From Selaginella moellendorffii (lineage: Eukaryota; Plantae; Lycopodiophyta), in NCBI RefSeq assembly GCF_000143415.4, contig NW_003314315.1, forward strand, positions 881,991 to 945,990: a stretch of DNA of 64,000 bases. Direction: 5' to 3'. A program made the translations under genes and the position numbers. Positions 21,127-34,877 of this stretch are shown here, in pieces. The notes below the pieces were generated by a model. It saw only the letters and a program-made list of their open reading frames with translations, was not told where the DNA came from and did not search any database. Within the stretch, counting starts at the first letter, position 1. Every line of letters begins with the position of its first letter.

Positions 21127-21944
21127 CTAGCATTTCTTCTTGAGAATGTAAACATCAGCCTCCTCAAAAGCGTAGTCGGGATGGAGCTGGGAACGATCGA
21201 CTTTGTCGACGGCGAATCTCTCTGGACAAAGCCTCCAAAACAACTCGTGAGCCTCAGGTGATCTCACCTGGTATCCCAAAAGAATCAAACTGTCCGGCCC
21301 AGAGACATCGCCCATCGTTTGTAGCAAAGGCTCCACTCCATTCTCGATATATACCACATCCGCCGCGATCACCACGTCGAATGGAGGCTTCAAGCTCTCG
21401 ATTTGTTGCTTGTTTCCCCAGTTAAGCTGTGCCACCTTCTCAAGAAAAAAGACAAGAAAATATGTGTTAGAACGAAGCCACGAGCAAAGACAACGAAAAC
21501 AAAGAAAAGTAGAAATGAAAGATCACTAGAGAGAGCGAAGAACGAAGGAAATAAGTGTGTGATCCATCTAGAGAGGAAAAAATGCTATTGATCGATCGCT
21601 CATACCTTTACTTTCTTCTTGGAGGAGAGCGATGTCGCAAGGACATTCTTCTTCACATTCCTCTTGAGCGTGGAGAGAACCGGCGGCACATCCGTGAGCA
21701 GCACCTGGCCGAGGCCCAGCAACGCCAGCGCCAGGCCAGCGCCGCCACACCCAGCCCCGAGCTCAATCCCCCGCTTGCCCTGGATCCTCTCGCGAATCCC
21801 GCCCTGCCGCTCCGCCCATTTCGCCAGCACTAGCGAGCACGGCCACACCGTCGTCCCGACGTGCATCGATCCATTGTCCTGCTCCATGGCGATCTCCTCA
21901 TCGCCGATCGCGAGCTTCACCACTGGCCACGACGAATATTTCAT
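21127..21944 (-). CDS. METTL21-like protein-lysine methyltransferase (intron 21436-21605)
   Basis: GTTVWPCS, IELGAGCG, LLTD, LNWG and DVVIAADVVY motifs. Confidence 0.9.
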
Positions 21945-22055
21945 CGCATTCTCACAATAGCCCTAATAGTGACGTGTCATTCCATCCAATGTGGCTGCCA
22001 CATATGCGCCACGTATGAAATAAGGATATACTAGAATATTCGTACGAAAAAGTAT

Positions 22056-23942
22056 TTAAACTTGTAAAGCATTGGAGAGCATCACATAAGAGGTTGCTTG
22101 GGAGGTGTCAAACTCGAGAACTTTAGTGGCTGCGCAGCCACCCAAAAGTGAATCGCGCTGGACAGTGGAAGCTCCAAGCATGGCACCCCATGCCTCGAGA
22201 TTTGGCTTGCAAGGCATAGAGTGGATCACATCCTTGGCATTTTGGAGCTCCCCGCATCGCCCAATGACGTCTACAATGCAGGCATAGTGTTCTTGAGATT
22301 GGATCACTCCAAAGTCGTGGTGCATCGAGGAGAAGAGCTGGATGCTTCGGGTGATCAGACCCAAGTGGTTGCAAACCGTGAGAAGGCTCAAAAATGCGAC
22401 ACTGTCTGGGATTGCGCCGCGCAAGTTGAGCTCGAGAAACACCTCTACAGCTTTTCTTGGGTGGCCATTCTGGGCATATGCTGCGAGCATTGCGTTCCAA
22501 GAGACAAGATCATGATCAAACATCGTGGCAAATGTTTTTTCTGCTTTTGCCAAGGCACCGGCTTGGACAAAAATTGTCAGCAATACGTTCCATGAAATGG
22601 TATCCCTTTCTGGCATTTCATAGAACATAGAGAGTGCTTCTTCAAAGTTTCCATTGCGTCCCAAACCGGCAACAATTATATTCCATGTCACCAAATCCCA
22701 CCTTGGCATTTGGTTAAAGAGTTTTTGAGATTCATTGATGTGCCCAGAATGGGCATATGCCGCAATCATGGAATTCCATGCACCAGTGTCTCTGAATGGC
22801 ATCTTTTCAAACATAATTCTTGCTTGCTCTAACAACATATTTCTTGCGTAAGCTTGTAACATTACAGTCCAAGTTACAAATGTTGGATCTTCTATTTGGT
22901 CGAAAATAATCTTTGCTGAATCAAGATCTCCTGCATCGGCATAAGCTTGAATCATGCTTGTACGTGCAACTACATCGGGTTCAGGCATCATGTCAAATAT
23001 CCCTTTTGCTTTTCTAATGTTTGAAACTGTGACGTAAGACGCTAACATAGCATTCCATGATACATTATTCTTCTCCGGCATATTCTTAAACATCTCTTCT
23101 GCAGCATCTAAATGCCCTGATTTGGTACTTGCGGTAAGAATTGCGGTCCAAGTTATCACGTTCCAAACTGGTGCACTCTCAAACAATTTTTTTGCTTCCG
23201 TAAGGTTTCCATTTTGCGCATAGCCGTCAATCATGGCTGTCCAGGTAACCACATCTCTGTATGGCATTGCATCAAAAATAAACTTTGCTTGTTCCAAATG
23301 CCCAGTTTCGGCATATGCAACGAGCATGGTGGTAAAGGTTAAGATATTCTTTTCTTGCATTTTATCAAACAAAAACTTTGCCTTGTTAAGATGGCCATTA
23401 AGTATATAAGCCTGTATCATCGCGGTACATGATACCACAGTCACCTCTGCCATCTGCTGAAAGAGATTATTTGCCTTTTCAAAATGCCCAGTTGAGGCAT
23501 ATGCTGTGATGATAATCGTCCAGGAGACATCGTTTTTGTTCTTCATTTTTTCAAATATTTCTTGAGCTTGGATCAAATTGCCATTGTCTGCATAGGCAGA
23601 AATCATCGAATTCCAAGCAATTGTGTTTTGAACTGGCATTTGGGTGAAAGTCTCTAGCGCTTGTTCAAAATAGCCATTGCGGGTATACACTTGGATCATG
23701 ATATTCCACGAGAAGAGATTGGGCTGAGGAATTCGATCGAATGCTGCTTTCGAGTCCTCGACACTTCCACATCTCCCATACATCTCCACCACCAGATTCG
23801 CCAAATACCTGTTGTGTCTATGCACACTCTCCAGGATTTGGGCATGAACTCTTCTACCCTCACTCAATTTTTTTGAAGTTCCACACTGCCGGAGGAGTAC
23901 AGCAAAATGATCCTGCTCCACTCTATGTGAAGATTCTGACAT
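22056..23942 (-). CDS. PLS-class PPR protein with E-type C-terminus, no DYW
   Basis: Single exon, 628 aa. 31-aa repeats, HYACIVDVIGRCG, MPCKPNLEAWGAML and SYVMLSN. Confidence 0.9.
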   Translation of the reverse strand: MSESSHRVEQDHFAVLLRQCGTSKKLSEGRRVHAQILESVHRHNRYLANLVVEMYGRCGSVEDSKAAFDRIPQPNLFSWNIMIQVYTRNGYFEQALETFTQMPVQNTIAWNSMISAYADNGNLIQAQEIFEKMKNKNDVSWTIIITAYASTGHFEKANNLFQQMAEVTVVSCTAMIQAYILNGHLNKAKFLFDKMQEKNILTFTTMLVAYAETGHLEQAKFIFDAMPYRDVVTWTAMIDGYAQNGNLTEAKKLFESAPVWNVITWTAILTASTKSGHLDAAEEMFKNMPEKNNVSWNAMLASYVTVSNIRKAKGIFDMMPEPDVVARTSMIQAYADAGDLDSAKIIFDQIEDPTFVTWTVMLQAYARNMLLEQARIMFEKMPFRDTGAWNSMIAAYAHSGHINESQKLFNQMPRWDLVTWNIIVAGLGRNGNFEEALSMFYEMPERDTISWNVLLTIFVQAGALAKAEKTFATMFDHDLVSWNAMLAAYAQNGHPRKAVEVFLELNLRGAIPDSVAFLSLLTVCNHLGLITRSIQLFSSMHHDFGVIQSQEHYACIVDVIGRCGELQNAKDVIHSMPCKPNLEAWGAMLGASTVQRDSLLGGCAATKVLEFDTSQATSYVMLSNALQV

Positions 23943-24104
23943 ATTTATACGGGTTAAAAGCGGATTTCTATGACTTTTACATATGTTTAAAAGAGTCGAA
24001 TGGAAATAAATTTTAACACATGATCATCATATGATCATAGTGATGGCGCATAAAAATCTTCTCTCCAGACTGTAAAGATCCAATCGTGAGGTATGATTAC
24101 ACGT

Positions 24105-24400
24105 AAGGCAACCTTAGAGCCTTGCAATTCGTCTCGATTGTACTTCATAACAGGCTCAGAAGGACTCGGGATACCACCCTACAAAAATAAGCATAAAAAA
24201 TGGTGCTCATAATGAACTACGTACCAGATACTGTAGAATCAGCGGCACGACTTTCTCTGGAATATTCTTGCCAACAATCGCAATAGTAAAGGCAGAAGGA
24301 TCTTTAAAACAAGAATCAAAGAAAGCGCACGCCCTCGGAGGATCAACTTGGCGAAGATCTTTTACAGTAATGCAAGGAAATGTCCGTATTTGGAAGACGA
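24105..24400 (-). pseudogene. Fragment of an M16 family zinc peptidase (PqqL-like)
   Basis: DLRQVDPPRACAFFDSCFKDPSAFTIAIVG...PLILQYL|GGIPSPSEPVMKYNRDELQG across a short intron. The rest of the gene is absent. Confidence 0.65.
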
Positions 24401-24933
24401 TGAGTAAACGCTTTGAAGTCATTGTTTGCAAGAGGATGCTTGTTCCTCTCCGCTGCAAATTTGGCACGAACTTCCTGAAATGGGATTTCACTAGGAGAAT
24501 CCGCACGCAAGCTATAGCTGAATGGAAAGAGGTCGTCCTAAAGGATTCGACGATCACAAAAGCCTCTCATGATGACACATTCAAGAAAAAGACGACCTTC
24601 CAAAAAGAGATGTTAGAAACCATTCTTCATGAGCTTACGTCCAATGGTACTCTTATCAAACCCACAGAAACTCAAGAAACGCCTCTGCGAGACAGTATCT
24701 CCTACGATCTCCTAGAAGGATAGGCAGCGCTCGGTTCTGATAGGGAAGAGCAGGAGAGTGTCCAAAGTCAAAAAATTTGCTATTCTGATGCATTATCTCT
24801 TTTAAAGGCTTATTCTCAAAATACTAGGATCATATCGTATCCAATATAATTAGTTGTAAATCTTTTCTTAAACCTTATATAACTTGTGGCATTGTTTTAA
24901 AAGAGAGCTTGATGTGAGGGTTTTGGTGGAAAA

Positions 24934-27644
24934 ATGACGTCTCTCTTCATCTTATTTGTGTTCCTAGCTTTGTCAACGGTTATTGCTGTAAGAAATTTCC
25001 TTACATGTTCATTATCTTATACATTGATTTGTAGGTTGAGGATAGTCGCGTTTATATCGTACATTTGGGCCATAGTGATGGAACAAAACATCCAGATGCT
25101 ATTACCGACACACATAATTCATTGCTTGCCACAGTTCTAAACCAGTAAGAATTTGTTTATCTTTGTTAGTAAATTATTTCTTTTTCATTTTTTTACAGAC
25201 CAAGTTATGAAGCGAGAGATCATATTATTTACAGTTACAAACACACTATTGATGGATTTGCTGTCAGGTTTACCACCAAGCAAGCAAAACACATGTCTGG
25301 TAACAATATCACTTCTATTAAATCTTATATTTTTATTTTGTCTCTTTTAAATGCAGAGCTTCCTGATGTTGTGTCTATTCATGAAAATCACGTCCGTAAG
25401 CTTCACACTACTCGCTCTTGGGATTACATGGGGGTGAGTGGAAGTACAAATATGCCTCTATTTTCTAGCAGCAAACCTCTATGGGAACTAGGAGAATATG
25501 GAAAAAATGTGATAGTTGGGATATTAGACACAGGGGTTTGGCCAGAATCTCCAAGCTTTAACGACGATGGTATGGGCGAAATCCCCAGTAAGTGGCGAGG
25601 GATATGTCAAGAAGGAGATGCCTTCAACTCTTCACACTGCAACAGGCAAGTATCGTAGTAACAAAGTTTGCTGATAACAAATCTCTCAAATATATACAGG
25701 AAGTTGATTGGAGCACGCTACCATTTGAGAGGGTATTTGGAGGGGTTGTCAAAGAAAGAGAACAAGGTTCCAGGAATCTTATCTGCAAGAGATGACGACG
25801 GCCATGGGACACACACAGCTTCCACTCTCGCAGGCAGATTGGTCCAAAACGCCTCAGTTGTGGGGAGATTTGCCCAGGGAACTGCGGCAGGAGGAGTTCC
25901 AGGGGCGAGGCTTGCAGCATACAAAGCTTGCTGGGGGGGAGACGATGGGTATTGCCATGAGAGTGATTTGATTGCTGCGATGGATCAAGCAGTGCACGAT
26001 GGAGTGGACGTTATATCAATGTCTAATGGAGGTGAGGAATATGTTAATGACGTGGTAGCTCTTGCTGCTCTTTCCGCGGTCAAGAAAGGTGTCACCGTTG
26101 TGGCTTCTGCTGGAAACGAAGGCGTCAAAGGAATGGGCAATAGTGACCCATGGTTCATCACAGTTGGTGCTAGTAGTATGGATCGATGGGGATCAGCTCG
26201 ATTGTCTTTAGGCAATGGCATGACTTTCACGGTTTGTTTCTCTTTTGTGTCCATGGCTGCTTTGTTTGCTAACTCTTTCTGTGTCTAGGGTAAATCCAGA
26301 CTTTCCATTGGTACAGAGAGCTTTCTTCCACTTGTTCCGGGTTATGAAGCAAACGCACCAGAGTCTACCACACAAGACAGGTTTGAAAATTTCATTATCA
26401 AATTAATCCTGCAAAGTTTAATAAGTGTTTCTTGTTTCAGCTTGTACTGCATGGATTATTCTTTGGACCGTGAGAAGGTCCAGGGGAAAATTGTCCTGTG
26501 CATGCGAAAGCGTGGTAAAGATATCCTTGCTCAAAGCTCTGAGGTGAGGGATGCTGGTGGTGCCGGCATGATCTTGTATGAAGATGTTAAAAACGAGCAA
26601 GAGCTGATGGATGATTGGCATTACGTGCCCTCTATACACATCTCAGCAAAGGATGCTCTCGCAGTATTTTCGTATATGAATTCTTCAAGGTTTGATATGG
26701 CTACAATTTCAAAATGTGATTGCTAATTTTTATGTTTTTGTTTTCTAGCAATCCACGAGCATATATTTCTGGATCAGATACAAATTATGGTGCCAAAGAT
26801 GCTCCTGCCATGTCTAACTTTTCATCTAGAGGCCCTAGCAAGGTTTATCCAGATATTATCAAGGTAATCAGATATTACTTTTTCTCTAATAATAAAAAAA
26901 CTGGTGATTTGCAGCCGGACATCACAGCACCTGGTGTTGATATTTTAGCAGCATGGCCTCCAAATGTGGATCTGGATGAAGGCAGAGGACGTGGAAATTT
27001 CAACTTCCAGTCTGGAACTTCAATGTCATGCCCTCATGTTGCTGGTGTGGCTGCACTCTTAAAATCATACCACCAAGATTGGAGCCCTGCTGCAATTAAA
27101 TCTGCAATATTAACAACAGGTAAGGTGGTACTTTTAATCAATCACTAAGATAGATCCTTATCATTTGTATATCCCAGCTTATATTGGTAATGGGCTCGCG
27201 AATGGAACACCAAATGATTTTGGAAGCGGTCATATCAATCCAAACGCGGCAGCACATCCGGGTCTGATATACGATCTTGACTACAACAAAATCCCAGTGA
27301 AAGCTTTTGGCGCCAACAAGATCCTGAGCAACCTCAACTTTCCGTCGGTAGGAATCTCCCGGTTCCACACGAAATACACCGTGAAGAGGACTGTGACAAA
27401 TGTCGGAGACGATCGAGCAACGTACCGCGTGACCATCGATCCTCCTCCGGGGATTGCTGTCACGATTACTCCACAAGTTTTGGAGTTCACTCGCAAAGGG
27501 CAATCCCAATCGTTTCTAGTGAATCTGAGGCTCAAGACGAAGGTGGCGAAGAGCAAGCTCCATCGCGGATATATATTTGGCTCCTTTACGTGGAAGGATG
27601 AGAGGCACACAGTGAGAAGCCCAATTGCCGTGCGCTACGCATAG
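24934..27644 (+). CDS. SBT: Subtilisin-like serine protease (S8A) with signal peptide, I9 prodomain, PA and Fn3-like domains
   Basis: IIYSYKHTIDGFA prodomain. Catalytic ILDTGVWPES, HGTHTAST and SGTSMSCPHVAG, oxyanion SAGN, and terminal VRSPI. Confidence 0.92.
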
Positions 27645-27714
27645 TTTATCACAAACAAGATCACAGAAGCCTGGCTTCCAAAAAAATTTCTTTCCAAATT
27701 TCTGTGAGATTCTC

Positions 27715-28070
27715 CTACCTCGATCTTAAATCCTCCAAGTATGCGTGTAGCTTTGCCTGAAACTCCTTGCTCTTCTCAAAGTTCTTCTTCCGCTTGACGG
27801 CTTTCTGCCAGAAACAAATTGGAAACCATGGCAGGCCATTCGAGCGTCAAAAAATTAAAGACACAAACCTCTTCTTGCAAGCAGCGCACCAGCTCGAGCT
27901 TGAGATCGTTGCATTTCCCCCAAAACTTGGCCGCGGGGTGATCTTCGTGGCAGCGCAGGAACAATGTGATGATCTGAGGAAGAAAAACCCTATGGGCTGA
28001 TCGAATCGATTCGTGTATCGCTCACCTCGGTGCAGAGGGGATGCTTGTGAAGAACGAGTGGAGGATGCAT
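27715..28070 (-). CDS. Twin CX9C cytochrome c oxidase biogenesis protein (CMC1/CMC2-like), 3 exons
   Basis: MHPPLVLHKHPLCTE|IITLFLRCHEDHPAAKFWGKCNDLKLELVRCLQEE|KAVKRKKNFEKS contains two CX9C motifs. Confidence 0.88.
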
Positions 28071-28462
28071 TTGCTCACGAGCCCTAATTCGCCCACACGA
28101 AATTAACGTGAGCCGTTGGATGTAAATACAGAATATCCTAGAATTTTCTCACGACACTTGGTTTTTTCTGGATGTTAGAGCGATTAGAGACATTTGATCA
28201 GTAAAAAAAACTACCAGGTAAGAGAGTGTGGATATATGTGCTCCAATTTAGCACGAAGCTTTGGATTCTTGAAGAAGCAGACGAGGAAAAGGTTGATTTT
28301 TTCGTACTGAGGCTCACACTTTCGAGGCAAAGAACTGTGGTAGCGCAAGAGCACGGTGATAATCTGAGAGATCGGAGTAAGAAGCTGGTAAGATCAACTC
28401 AAAGTCGCTTACCTCGGCGCACTGCCGTTGATTGTATGGGACGGGAATCATCACATATCATT

Positions 28463-30553
<2,091 letters not shown>

Positions 30554-31243
30554 CGCCTCCTCGCTGTGGATCGCCCAAGAACTAGCTAATCGAACTAGCT
30601 AATCGATCGCACGCATTCTGCGAGGAGAGGGCTCTTCAGCTGAAATCCCGCCCCTGGCGCTTCCACACGAGCCCCAAACCCTAGAAGAAACAAGAATATG
30701 CCACACCCATATCCGACGGCCGTGATGCCGCCACGCCGCCCATGATACAAACGCGAATATCCGGAGCGTACACTGGAGCCATTAATCGGATTTGAGGCGG
30801 CTTTGAGATCCGTGGAAGAATTTTTTTGAAAATTTGAATCTCCTGTCATTGCCCTTTGTTGTGTGTGCCGGAGAGGAAAGGAATGGCGCTGGGGCGCGCC
30901 CTTAGGAGGGACGCCGTGAGGATCCAGGCGATGGAGGCGCCGTGAGGCTGGATGCGCCGCGCGAGGTGAGGAAAAGGCTTTTGGCCGGGGGAGCGCCAGG
31001 TTTTTGGCGCCGGGGCTCCAAAACCCTCGATCGCCCCTGTCCCATCCTAGGTTAAGATTCCCGCTCGCAGCATCGGTGGAGCTGGGGCGCCGGGGCTGGA
31101 TCTAGCAGAGGGGTTTTGGGATTTTCGAATAGCCGCCTTTTTCTTCGTGGGGAGATTCCAAGCTTTTTAGACGCATTAGGGGCCGGAGCTGGGGAATAGT
31201 GGGCGCAAAGAAACGATAGAGCCGACCATTTTAGAGGGCGACC

Positions 31244-33191
31244 ATGCAGCTAAATGGGATTAAGGCCGACCAGTTTGACAAGGATGAGAAACCTGGTAAG
31301 TCCCTTTTGCTTTGTGTTTTCTTTTCACTGGTTCTTTGTCTTGGGAGAACAGTGATCCCAGCGCACCTTGATATGAATGGTAGCAGCCTCGTTACTATGC
31401 AAGGCCCGGGAAAGCTTCCACTCTACTCGAGCTCGAGGTACATAGTCTGTTGGGCTTCTTAGTTTCATTCTTGAGTTTTCTGGTTTTATTTTTCTTTTTC
31501 CTTCTTGGATAGATTGTCAAGAACATCGCAGGCGTTACCATCGTCACAAGTCCCGCCTGCTCAACCTGGAGAACCTGGTCGTAAGCCAGTTCGGCAGCTC
31601 AACTTTTCCTCCATGTGAGAGCATTTTGCCTTCTAGTTTTAAGACGATGGCTGATCCTAGTTCTTATAGACTACCAAGGCCGCCGGTCTACGAGCTCAAA
31701 GAAGTTGCGGCCAAGAAGTGCAAGCAGTGCAATTGTAAAAACACTCGGTGCTTGAAGCTGTAAGTTCATCTATTGCTTTCCGTCCTTTCTACAAGTACTG
31801 AAAGTGTTCTCCTTTTTTACACCAGGTATTGTGAGTGTTTTGCCTCTGGGACTTATTGTGATGGTTGCAATTGCCTTAACTGTTGCAATAACGTCGAGAA
31901 CGAGGCAGTAAGACAAGAGGCAGTGGAGGTAACTTTGGAACGAAATCCAAATGCTTTCAGGCCTAAAATTGCAAACACGCAACATGCGATTCGCGACAGT
32001 GCGGTAAGTGCCTCGGGCATAGATTCAAATTCGTTTATAACTGGTTGTCTTACAGGACGACATGAGATTGGGAAAACATAACAAAGGATGCAACTGCAAA
32101 AAGTCTGGGTGCTTGAAGAAGTATTGCGAATGTTTTCAGGCCAACATTTTGTGCTCAGACAACTGCAAGTGTGTCGACTGCAAGAACTACGACAGCAGCG
32201 ACGAGAGAAGAGCACTATATCAGCCAGATTACAGCCAAAGTACATACCACGGAGGACCACCTCCCTATACAACCTCTGCAACGGGCTCACTGGCCTGCGT
32301 CTCTTCTTCTCCCATGCCTGCAAAGAAGAGAAGGACAAGCGACCTTGTCTTTGTTGGCGAGAGTCTGAAAGTGCAGCAACCAATTTACAGAACGTTACAA
32401 GGAATCCAGGTACGGTATCGAGATTTTCAATCCTAATGCTTAAACGTGTTTTGCTGCAGGACGCAAAGCTTTCTGGTTCCATGCTCCCTCCAAACTCATC
32501 CCTTTCGGCAAAAACCATTCAAACGTATGACCGTTTTTCTTTTCCTTTTTTTCTTGGCATTAATTTATTCCTACGTTCCTTGCGTAGTTCTCTCTTGGCA
32601 GGCGTAGTACAACCAGAGACAGTTTCTGATCTTTGCAATCTTCTGGTCATGGCGTCCGCTGAGGCTGCTAAAGCGATGATCGGTAACACTATGTATGCAA
32701 GCTTGCAATGCACCGTTCTTATATCTTTCTTTGGCTTGCAGCCTCGGGCCCTGTCTCGAAGAGGCCTGCGGAAAATGGACAAGAGGCTGGCTCTGGACAG
32801 GGTGACGAAGATATCCGAGAAAAGCGACCAATGTCACCGGGAACACTAGCGCTGATGTGCGACGAGCAGGATCCACTCTTCACCCCGGCCACGCACGGGG
32901 ACTACGACAAAGAGCTGGCTGCCGAGCAAGAGCGTCTCATTCTCGAAGAGTTTCGTGACTGCCTCCGGAAGATCATCACTGTCGGCAGGAAGCGAGGTAC
33001 ACTGCTGTTCTCACAAACTTTGGTTTTAAACTTTCCTTTTTCCATTTGCAGCCACTCTATTATCTACAGAAGCCGCAAGGAGTGAGCTTTTGGCAGCGAC
33101 TCTTCAAAAGAATCGCGAGTCCCCGGGTGTAGCAGCACAGGCAGATAGTCCTGCTTGGACACAAGATAAGAAACCCACTGTAAACGGCTAA
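31244..33191 (+). CDS. TCX: Tesmin/TSO1-like CXC (CRC domain) protein, LIN54 homologue
   Basis: [29 protein letters not shown] hinge, [22 protein letters not shown] and [14 protein letters not shown]. Confidence 0.92.
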
Positions 33192-33303
33192 ACTCATTCT
33201 TTTTTTCTCTGTTAATTCGATTCCAGTGGAGTTTTCTATAGCGACTTGGTCTTGAAATTATTCAAGTGATCGTTTCCATAAATAAGAACACACAAGGAGT
33301 GAA

Positions 33304-34877
33304 TCACGGCTCTGGCTGCATCTTCTCGGTTTCCTCTCTGATCGACTGGAACAAGACCGACGAGAGGTAACGTTCGCCAAAGCTTGGAAGAATCACCTGC
33401 ATTGTACGCTCTCGATATCATCTCCAGAATGACAACTAGTACACAACTTACCACAATGAGCTTGTTCTCATTCTCGGGTCTCTTCGCAATCCGGATCGCA
33501 GCTGCAACAGCAGCTCCAGATGAAATACCAACCAGCAGTCCTTCCTTGAGAGCAAGCTGCTTTGCCATCTCGACTGCGTCGTTGCTAGAGATCTCCACGA
33601 CCTCGTCGAGAATTCCGACTTCCAAGATCCCGGGAATAAATCCAGCTCCCATTCCTTGAATCTTGTGAGGTCCTGCAAGGTGAGAAAATGGACGAGGTGG
33701 TGATTAAAATGCACAGAATTGACAACCAAATACCTGGTTTGCCACCGGATAAGACGTTGCTCTCAGTTGGCTCCACACCAACAATCTGAAACTCTTGCGT
33801 GAAAAACCGAAAGCTAGAGAGACGGTTGCTTTCTTACTTTGATATTCGGGTTCTTGTCCTTGAGATATCGCCCGGCACCGGTCACAGTACCGCCAGTTCC
33901 AATCCCCGAAACGAAAAAATCGATTTTTCCTTGGGTGTCCTCCCAAATCTCTGGTCCCGTGGTTTCAAAGTGAATCTATAGCAAAAAAGAGGACGAAGAA
34001 GAAAAAGTTAGGTGGTAAAAGAGAATTGGTGATATCTTACTTTCGGATTAGCCGGGTTCTCAAACTGCTGAAGCATGTACGCGTTTGGTGTGTTGCTCAC
34101 GATCTCTTCAGCCTTGGAGACAGCTCCCTTCATGCCTTTGGCAGGATCAGTGAGAACCAGCTCGGCTCCAAATGCCTTGAGTAGAACTCGGCGTTCCATG
34201 CTCATCGACGCGGGCATGGTCAGGATGAGCTTGTAGCCCTTGGCCGCAGCGATGAACGCCAGACCAATTCCAGTGTTTCCACTCGTAGGCTCCACGAGAA
34301 CGCTCTACAGGAAACAAACAGGAGAGCCAACCAAGTTTGGACGAGAAGACCAAGAAATTTTGTTTGTTTTTTTCTACCTTTCCAGGAGAGATGGCACCTT
34401 TGGCCTCGGCATCGGAGATCATGCTCAATCCAATTCGGTCCTTGACACTGCAGCAAGGCTCCATGATCTCCAATTTCGCAGCGATGTTCGCGACGCATCC
34501 TTCCACCACGCTGTTGAGATAAACCATCGGCGTCTTCCCAATCAGCTAGAGACAAAGAAGTCAAACAAAGAAAAAATTGGATCAGATAATGCAAGCAAGA
34601 ATGCCACGATCCAAGAAATTGGTACCTGGGTGACATCCTCGGCGATGTTGAGGCCGCCCTCGCCCGCGGCCGGAGCTGGATCCTTGGCCAGGCTAGCCCG
34701 CAGATTACCTCCTGGAAATGCCGATCGGAGCGCCGGCGATGCGCGGCGCCTCAACACGCCGGGCGGCGCCGCCACGCCGTCGCCGTTGCCAACGCCTAGC
34801 GCCTTCAATCCGGTGTCCATCGCTGCCATGGATTGCTCGCCCTGGAGACCGTGACCCTTGGAGAGCTCTTGGGCCAT
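33304..34877 (-). CDS. OASTL: Cysteine synthase / O-acetylserine(thiol)lyase with N-terminal transit peptide
   Basis: [11 protein letters not shown] (PLP lysine), [26 protein letters not shown] and [10 protein letters not shown]. Confidence 0.95.

Noticed and set aside
24268-24723. 151-aa + strand ORF
   Set aside because: It overlaps the antisense M16 peptidase relic, has no recognisable motif and starts at a non-ATG codon.
17671-27644. Biosynthetic gene cluster (P450, methyltransferase, protease)
   Set aside because: The P450 is frameshifted, the methyltransferase is a protein-lysine type, and no scaffold-forming enzyme is present.
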